A DNA stretch of 64,000 bases, taken from contig NC_068988.1 in NCBI RefSeq assembly GCF_001194135.2, forward strand, positions 87,578,972 through 87,642,971. Direction: 5' to 3'. The notes below the pieces were generated by a model. It did not search any database. It was not told where the DNA came from and worked only from the letters and a program-made list of their open reading frames with translations. Shown in pieces: positions 42,637 through 52,900 of this stretch. How positions within the stretch are numbered: the stretch's first letter is position 1; each line of letters opens with the position of its first letter. Origin of the DNA: Octopus bimaculoides (lineage: Eukaryota). The translations under genes and the position numbers were made by a program.

Positions 42637-45600
42637 TAGTTAAAGCAGATACATAGCTGAAAGCCTGAAAACTGGTAATCGTGTTGGAGAAAACATCTTT
42701 TGTAGTGTTGAAAGACAGAGAAATGTATCTATCTATACTCTCTCTTTATTTGTTTTAGTCATTTGACTGCGGCCATGCTGGAGCAGCGCCTTTAGTCGAG
42801 AAAATCAGCCCCAGGACTTATTCTTTGTAAGCCTAGTACTTATTCTATCGGTTCTCTTTTTACCGAAGCCGCTGAGTTACGCGGACGTAAACACACCAGC
42901 ATCGGTTGTCAAGCGACAGTGGGGGGGGACAAACATAGACACACAAACATATATATATACATATATACGACGGGCTTCTTTCAGTTTCCGCCTACCAAAT
43001 CCACTCACAAGGCTTTGGTCGGCCCGAGGCTATAGTAAAAGACACTTGCCCAATGTGCCACGCAGTCCCACTGCATGGCATCTCTCTATATATAAATATA
43101 TATAAAACCTATGCCAGCATGGAAAATGAATGTTGTAACATCTCATATAAATGAATTACTGCGATAATTGTTTTCCATCTTTTCTACCTACCCCCGCCAC
43201 CTTTCTCTCTTTATATATATCATCATCATCATCATTTAACATCTGCCTTCGTGCATTTGAACTTATCCAAGTTTGATAATTGTCAATGCACAAAACACTT
43301 GGATCTTGAGTCACTCTGTCATTTCTGCTAAATATTAATAAAAATGTACATACACTCATATTCTGAGTCCTATTTTTCCTGTTTGCATCAACATACTCGT
43401 GTGTATATATATATATATATCGTCTTCGTTTAACATCCGCTTTCCATGCTAGCATGGGTTGGATGATTTGACTGAGGACTGGCGAAACCAGATGGCTACA
43501 CCAGGCTCCAATCTGATTTGGCAGAGTTTCTACAGCTGGATGCCCTTCTTAACGCCAACCACTCAGAGAGTGTAGTGGGTGCTTTTACGTGCCACCGGCA
43601 CGAAGGCCAGTCAGGCGGTACTGGCATATATGTATATATACATCAGTCATTTGACTGCAGCCATGCTGGAGCACCGCCTTCAGTTGAACAAATCGACCTC
43701 AGGACTTGTAAGCCTAGTACTTACTCTATCGGTTTCTTCTGCTGAACTGCTAAGTTATGGAGACGTAAACACACCAACATCGGTTGTCAAGTGATGGAGG
43801 GGGGACAAGCACAGACACACACAAATATATATAGATATATACATACAAGCTTTTTTCAGTTTCCGCCTACCAAATCCACTAACAAGACTTTAGTCAGCCT
43901 GAGGCTATAGTAGAAGACACTTGCCCAAGGTACCATGCAATGGAACTGAACCCGGAACCATATGGTTGGGAAGCAAACTTCTTACCACACAGTCACGCTA
44001 CGCCTATATATATAAAAACACATGTGTGTGTAGGGGCCCAATGGTCAGCTGGCCCCCATTCTACTTAGTACAACTCCTTCGTGTTAATGAATTGCTTCTC
44101 GTAGCTAAATCTGTAGCAGATTATTTGCACAAGAAATTCCAAACATGGAAGGAAAACCTGGACTCAAAAGCAACTCTAGCAAGCAGTAAACTTATAACAA
44201 GGACATAGGACAGAGCTGTTAATACCATCTCGGAAATAACCATGCTTGATATACACAGAAAGGAATCAGATTGAAATTTCCATCTGTAGACATACAAGGT
44301 GTTGTGGGATCATAATCAGGGTAATGAAGGAGAGAGACTTCATATCAACAGCCATATCATAAGCACCAACAGCAAAACAAACAGGAATTAGATTATTTTG
44401 AATGTCTGGAAGGCTCTCTTAAGTAGTTGATAGTTTTATAACTTATAATGACCTAATTAGCAGTGAGGGTAAGTGTTCCTGAAAGCATACTAATAAGAGT
44501 AAGTAAGAACTGGGTTGAAATAGTTTAAGGAGCTCATACAGTTTCTCCATCAGTGTGAAGAGCAGACTGGATGATGCTTGAGTCAGAAGTGTGATACTCC
44601 ATGACAGCGAGACCTGGATTTTGAATGCAGAGCTTTTGTGAAGATTAGAAAGAAATGAAGAGAGTATTCTCTACTGTATGTATAATACAGTATGTATAAT
44701 AATGTATGTATAATACTATATGTATAATACAGTATGTATAATACTGTATGTATAATACAATATGTATAATACTGTATGTATAATACAGTATGTATAATAC
44801 AGTATGTATAATATTGTATGTATAATACAGTATTCTCTACTGCATGTATAATACAGCATGGAAAAAAAGGTAGTGAGCTGGTAGAATCGTTAGCATACTG
44901 GGCAAAATGCTTAGTGGTATTTCAGTCGTATTTACGTTTAAATTCCGCTAGGATCAACTTTGCCTTTCATCCTTTTGGGTCGATAAAAATAAGTTCTAGT
45001 TGAGCAATAAAACATCATCAAGCATTCTATCCAACACCCTTATGATTCTGATACCCCAGATGAGCTGTGCAAAATGTAAGAGCTATAATCTTGGATATGA
45101 GGAAACTAGCAAGGATCTGCATAGACAACAAAAGTAAGAAAGAATCTAAGTGTTGAGAAATTACTTGCTATAAGGGGTCAAAAGGTCTGACGTTTTTTAT
45201 AAGATAGCTGGCAAACTTAAAAAGTAAAACAAGACTGAAGTGATTTAAAGTTAGGTGAGAAAGTATGAAATATGAGGAGGCAGTTGTAGTAAGAGATATA
45301 AGGAGTGAGATGTGGAGCGTGAGAGAAGTGATTGATGTCAGAAATTAATTGCACTTCTTACTGACCTCATTTACTGTATTATTACAAGTCAATACCACAT
45401 TTTAGGGCCTCCTTTGGTGAATGACAACCAGGTACTTGCAGGCTTGGGTAAGACTTTTCTGAGGAAGACTAGCAGTTCCTCATATATGTAAGTCTCCCAT
45501 CCCCATGCCACTGACGTTTGTCCCAGGCAAATGCTGCCAACTTGGACAAGCATCAGTGGTGCCAGTGTTGAAGATATTGATGTCAGACCACAAAGGGGGG

Positions 45601-46896
45601 CCAAAACGGACACAAGGTATCTTGCCTGATTCTCTAACAATGCACCATCCATGATCGGCATTTTTTAAAATTTATTTAATAAACTCCGAAAGGTTGAAAA
45701 ACAAAGTTTACTTTGGTGGGATTTGAACTCAAGATGAAGAGAGTTAGAAAAAAACATCAAGCAGTCTATCCAACACCCTTATGACTGATACCCCAAACGA
45801 ACTGTATCCTCCACAGTCTCACCTGTTTATACTCCCTGTGTTGCTGGGACCCTTAGACCAACCATGCTATAAAACTGAGACATTCAAACTGCTACCACTG
45901 CCAATTTAACATCCATTTTTCCATGCATGCAGGCTTTCAGTCAGAATTTCTATGGCTGGATGCCTTTCTTGTTGCTAACCTTTTCCTGTTTCCAAGCAAA
46001 CTAATATTTTCCCAACATTGTTCATGTTTTCATGGAAGGCAGGAAATCAATGACACTATCTATATAATAGCAACACCAGCTTACAACTATCATGTGATAC
46101 CAAGACAAGAATGTGCGCACGCACACACACAAATATAAGTTTCTTCCAATTACCATCAGCCAAATACATTCACAAAGCTTTGGTTGATCTGGGGCTATGA
46201 TAGAAGATAAATGCCTAAGAAGCCATGCAGTTTGACTTGAACCTGAAACCACATGGTTGAGAAACAAACTTCTTAACCACACAGTCATGCCTGCATCTAT
46301 AAAATATACAGAGTCCCATGTTGTTAAGTGGTTAGTGACAGGGAAGGTATCCAGCCATAAACAACTGAAAGCTAAAAGTACATGGCATGTACAACAATAG
46401 GTTTCTATGTTGTTATCCGTATTATTAAAAGACAAAGAAGGACTGTGACATGAATAAAAATCATTATTCAGATCTATATTTGAGAGATGAGGAATTATGT
46501 ACATTGTTTACATTATTTACATTTGATGGATATTTGTCCTCATCTTGTTTGTTGTTAACACAACGTCTCGGCTGATGTACTCTCCAGCCTTCATCAGGTG
46601 TCTTGCGGAAATTTCGAACCTAGGCCAAATGTAAATAATGCAAATAATGATCATCATTATTGCCATTTAATATTTACTTTGCCAAGTTGGCATGGGTCAG
46701 ATAAAACTTATTTGAAGCAGTTTATTCCTGTGCAAGGTAAAATTACCCCATAGCCAGACACATTCACACTGAATATCGGAAAGGAAAGACCTTGCTTATA
46801 TGACAGTGATACCCGTTTACAACTATCATGTGATGCTAAGACAAAGAGACAAACATAAACATTATATATGTATACACACTCACACACACACATATG

Positions 46897-46933
<37 letters not shown>

Positions 46934-49900
46934 NNNNNNNNNNNNNNNNNNNNNNNNNNNNNNNNNNNNNNNNNNNNNNNNNNNNNNNNNNNNNNNNNNN
47001 NNNNNNNNNNNNNNNNNNNNNNNNNNNNNNNNNNNNNNCTGAAAAGTTCCTGGTTTTATAGGTTTTGCAAAAGACCTGGTTGGAGGCCCAACTTTCCGAT
47101 TTCTTTTACAGAACTTAGAAAAATTGAAGGACTGCTGCAGTGTGTGAATCTGAGAGGAGAATATGTTGAATAAAATCATAATTAACTGATCTTCCTGTAT
47201 TTTCTTTTATCTAAAACAAGGAACTTTCCAGCACCCCTTGTGTATGTAGGTATGTGTGCGTGTGTATATATATGTATACACACACACACTACAGGCTTCT
47301 TTCAGTTTCCAACTATTGAATCCACTCATACGGTTTTGGTCAGCCTTGGGCTACAGTAGAAAACACTTGTCCAAGGTGCTACACAGCCACACCTGTACTT
47401 GTCTCAAAAACAGATATAAAATGACAATAATTGTTGTAAAGAATTTTGCTATTTCTCATATGATCAAAACAAACATTGTGAGCACATCTATATACATGTA
47501 TTATTTAAGCGTGTGCGTGTGCAAGGATGTGATGACTACGATAATACTAACCATGCAGTAGCAATTTCATGTGCAATGTTCTCCATGGACCTACGCCCTG
47601 AATAAAACTTCCCCTCCTGCCCTCTTCATGTTTGCCAGACTGATTTGATGTTAGAGACTATTTTAGGTCATTAATGATAGCAATTTGAGACTGTGTTGTG
47701 ATAATAAAGAGATTTTTAACTTAAATACACTAATTTGGCATTAAGGAAGGAGATAATAAAAATTATTTTGGCATAAAATAGAGCTTTTTTAACTTTTTCA
47801 CACACACACACACACATACATAGGCCTTCACTTATGTTAAGTGCTCACAAAGACAATTAATCCATCGTTTAGCTCTAACAGTCTTTAGATGCATTTGAAT
47901 GACATTTCTGACAAACTGTTGTTTATACTTCCCTCCTCAAGAATTATTTTAACCCTAGCCACGACCTCCTTCTGGTGAGAGGAGGTGGAATGGTTATTGT
48001 TGCAAAAAACATGAAGACACTGCAAGTGAGAAATTGAGCTTCAAACTGCTTCTGTTTAGTTTAGACCAGACACATAACAAAGTGCTCATTACTGACTCCT
48101 AAGGGTCTACGTGGCTATCCAAGGGGTTGATAAACACCTAAAACAATTTTGAATATTAACGGTGCTGAATTGTTAGCAAACTGAACCTGGAAGAGCACAG
48201 AAATTTAAGAGTAAAACTCGCTAATTTCCAGCCACCAGTATTCACCATATGACTGAACTTTTACCGTTCTTTATTTCATTTTCATTAAATTCATAGGTGC
48301 AGGCATAGTTGTGTGGTGAGAAATTTGTTTCCTAGCCACATGGTTCCAGTTTCACTCCTGCTGCGTGGAAGCTAGGGCTAATGTCTTCTACTATAGCCAC
48401 AGACTGACCAAACTCTAGTAAGTGAATTTCGCAGATAGAAACTTTAAGCCCATCATACACACACACACACAGAGGGGATTTGAAAATTTTTTTGGTATTA
48501 TTTATTCACCATATGAATAAGTAATGCTAAAAAATTTTCCTATTTCCTGTTTTGGTATATAATTACTCTGCAAAAATATTTTCCGGTATTTTCAACTCTT
48601 TCGCATACATGAAACAAATATAACATCTACATGCAGATTTGGAATGCTGCAATGAGCAGATGTGTGTCGAGGACACAGCTTCGATTTTAACCCTATCTAC
48701 ATGATATACACACACACACACACACACACACAAGTATGTATCTATGTGTGTGGTTACTCCCTACCACAGCTTGACAACTAGTGTTAGTTTGTTTATGTTC
48801 CTCTAACTTAGCAAAAGAGATCGATAGAATAAACACCAGGTTTTAATAAAATAAGCCCTGGGGTTGATTTGTTTGATTAAAACCCTTCAAGGTGGTGCTC
48901 CAGCATGGCTGCAATCCAATGGCTGACACAAGATAAAAAGAGGTGATATTTATCCCCACTTAAACGTGAATGTTCTGAAACTCACGTATTGGTTCTTGGT
49001 GCAGAATGCCCTCTTGTTTCGAACCAAAAGCCAATAGGAGAGTTTCTCTCATGGTATCTACCGCAGTATAGCTTGTTCTAACAGAACATTTGCGTTTAAG
49101 TTGGGATAAATATTACCTGTCGGTATTAATACTGCCTTTGTAGCTGATAAATAAAAGGAATTTCACAGAGGTTAGTACTGAACACTGGTGCGGTCTATGG
49201 GGCTATCTGAGGGGTTGATATTCCAACTATGTCAATATGATATGAATTTTTTTGTTGTTGTTGTTATTCTTTATCAATTTTGTTTAGTATTTTCATTAAA
49301 TTTCTTTAAATTTTTCTGATTATAAAAAAATGCAGTCATTACTGATAAGGACAACAGAATTACTGTTTTAAAACCAAGAAATTTATAATTAAGTATTCTT
49401 TTTTAAAATTTTATTTTAGATTTACGCAATGGGGGTCGATAAGTTATCAACGATTCCACGAAGTGGGGTCAATGATATAAGAAGTTTGCTGACTCCTGTT
49501 GATAAGCAAACAAGGAAATTGATATCACCACTACCATCAACATTTTAATGTCCTCTCTTCTATGCTAGCATCAGCTGGACCGATGTGTTAATACACAACA
49601 TCCTTACTGTACTTCTGCCGAAATGTATTGTCCTTGCTCCAATAAATTTTGGAAATAACAAAAGATTTAGTAAAATAACTTTGTCGTTATTAAACTGGAG
49701 TTTGAAATATAAATACAGTTATCACTCGCCATATCGTGGTTCACTTATCGTGCCCTCAATACATAGCGGACTTTTCAGGCTAATATATGTAAATTTATAT
49801 TGCGGACACCTCAGTATATCATGGGTTTCTGCGGCCGATAGATATTTATATTTTTTTAGATTTCAATTATTTCTGTGGTAAAATAAGCATTTTCACACCT

Positions 49901-52900
49901 AAAAATTAATAAATAAAAGTACAGTAGAGTACTGTACTGTATAACACATTAATCAAAATATATTAAAAGAGAATATGTAGTGCATCATAGACGAGTAAAC
50001 AACGAATTGCACATGGAAAACGAAACTTGGGAGGAGGCAAGTGTGTGATGTTGTTTTGCATTCATCATCATCATCATCATCGTTTAATGTCCGCTTCCCA
50101 TGCTAGCATGGGTTGGACGATTTGACTGAGGACTGGTGAACCAGATGGCTACACCAGGCTCCAGTCTGCTCTGGCTGAGTTTCTACAGCTGGATGCCCTT
50201 CCTAACACTAACCACTCTGAGAGTGTAGTGGGTGCTTTTACGTGCCACCGGCACGAAGGCCCGTCAGGTGGTACTGGCAACAGCCACGCTCAAAATGGTG
50301 TATTTTATGTGCCACCTGCACAGGAGCCAGTCCAGCGGCACAATAATAAGATATATACAAATAATAAAAATAAATAAAAAAATTTACAGTACAGCACTAT
50401 TTCTACTTTATGGATTTTCACCTAATGCAGGGGGTTAGGGTTAGGGGACGTAACACCTGCGATAGACAAGGGATTACTGTATATAGTAATCCCTCGACTA
50501 CAGTGGGTATTAGAATCCAAAACCTCCCATAGAAATAATTAAAATCTCAAAAAATATAGATACCTATTGGCTGCAGAAACCTGCGATATACCGAGGAGTC
50601 CATGATATGAATTTACATATATTAGCTTGAAATATTACAGAGTGCGCAATAGGTGAATTGCAAGGTACTGAGTGTGTGATGGGTGAACCGCGATATGGCG
50701 AGGTATTACTGTACATGAAATTTAACCCTTTAGCATTTAAACCAGTCACATCTGGCCAAAATATTCTATTTTTGTTTCATGTTCAAACTAGTCAAATACA
50801 GTCTCTTACATCTAACCTATAATGTCATACAAAAAAGTACACAATCCCATAATCAAAATTTCAAACCTGCAAGATAATGCACGGTTAATTCCGAACAATG
50901 TGAATAAAAAAAGCAATACATTTGACAAACTAATCTGAATGCTAAAAGGGTTAAGGTGTTAATTTAGATCACTTTAACCATTTAGTGTTTAGATTACTCT
51001 GTCAAATGTAATGCTTATTTATTCATACTGCTTTCAAATTAATCATGTTTTATCTCAGCGTTGAGATTTCAATGATGTGATTGCTTATTTTTAAAGTAAC
51101 ATTGTAGGGTAGGTGTGAGAAGCAGGATCTGGTTGGTTTGAACAGAAAACAAGTAGACTATTCAGGACGGATACGGCTGGTTGAAATGCCAAAGGGTTAA
51201 AACAGGAAGTTTTTATAATAGAACCAAGGGCAGCTTTGGGTATGTTGGTATCAAAAGGGCTAATGTAACTCAGCACTTTCTCTTCTTTTGACTCCAATGA
51301 TTTCTATCAAGCTCCCTGTCCATTTACATGCAATCACCACCATTGTTGCTGTGTAATACTCAACCATAACCACCACCATCACCACAATTAATATTTTTAC
51401 CCTTAGTTCAAAATATACTCAATTCCCCCAAAACATCTTTAGTCTTTAATCTACACACATTAAAGAGATGTTCTTGCAGCACAACATCTGTCTCTACACA
51501 TGAACATGGAAGTATAACTTCTCAAAGTCATTATGAATGCCAAATTGCTCCAAGCAAGTATGGGTTAGACAGGTCGACAGGATCTGATGAGCCTGAGGAT
51601 TGCATTATACTCCAATATCTGCTTTGGCATGCTTTCTATGACTGAATGCTCTTCCTAATGCCAACCACTTTACCGAGTGTACTGGGTACATCTTCATGCC
51701 AGCAGCATTAGTGAGATGCCATGCAGCTTGCAAGACTATGACCTCCAAATGGGGGGTGGAGCTTCATGCTAGATGAAGCATAAAGGGGGTGATGTTACCG
51801 TATGAGTAAAGAACACGTTAACAAAGACATTCAAGCCATGACCATTCCACTTTTTTGCATATGATCAAAAATTGTCAAAGTGTAGTACAACAGTTTTGCT
51901 ATGGAATGGCGAAACTATTTTTTTTGTTTTCTGAAAAAGCAACATTTTGGACTCTTGCATAATAGCAACGAAATGTAATGCTTATTCATTTACACTATTT
52001 TGGATTTGTCATGCATTATCCTGTACTTAAAGATTCCAATGGTGTGTTTGTATATAGTTCAAATGACATTGTAGGGTAGGTTTGAGACATTGAATCTGGT
52101 CAGTAAAACAGGCAGAATATTTGGGCTGGACATGGCCAGATTAAATGCTAAAGAGTTAAACTTCACCCCACTGTCTTAAAATGGATCAATATACCTGGTA
52201 AGAGACACCTGCTAAGAAGACCGGATGGTTCAAAGTTGGAATGCTGTTTGGTAAAATGGTAAAATTCCTAGGGGTGAATATTGGTAAAGGAGAGGGACTG
52301 GAGTGTGACCAGTGGTTTGTTAGGTAGAAGACAAGAATGAAATATGCCAGATGTCATTTGGTTGAGAGATAGTCTGGTATTTTGGACCATGTCAGAATGT
52401 TACAGTGTTTTCACCAAGATGGAATGTAAATTCAAAATACTGTATACACATGCATATGTGTGTGCATGTGTGTGTGTATTTACATCTATTTTTCCATGCT
52501 AGCAAGGGTTAGATGAATATAGTATTGAATCACTGTTTTACAATCAAATGCCATTCTTGTTGCCAACCCTAACCTGTTTTCCAATCCAGATAGTATTTCT
52601 CTATGGCCAGACATGTTTCTGCAGAAGATTGGAAATGAATGAGACAGTTTATAGGACAGAGACATACATTTACAATTATCACACGATGTCAAGACAAGGA
52701 CACACATGTGTGCGCGCATGCACACACACACATACAAGCTTGTAAAAGAAATATAAGTACTTTATGTATGCATGCATAAATGTGTGTGGGTGAGAGAGAG
52801 AAGATGCACATCATTATTTTACATCTATTTTTTCCATTACGGTACAAGTTGCACTGTCTGTTGCAGCCCTTATCTATTTGATGAACACAGCAAAGAAAAA

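Noticed and set aside
44668-44850. Resemblance to LexA boxes or loxP (ctgt...acag, atgtat)
   Set aside because: Spacing is wrong (N9), it is a simple slippage repeat and the context is eukaryotic
51580-51600. Other CTGATGA hits (51.6, 53.4, 5.4 and 3.9 kb) as hammerheads
   Set aside because: No downstream stem II plus GAAA...UH arrangement
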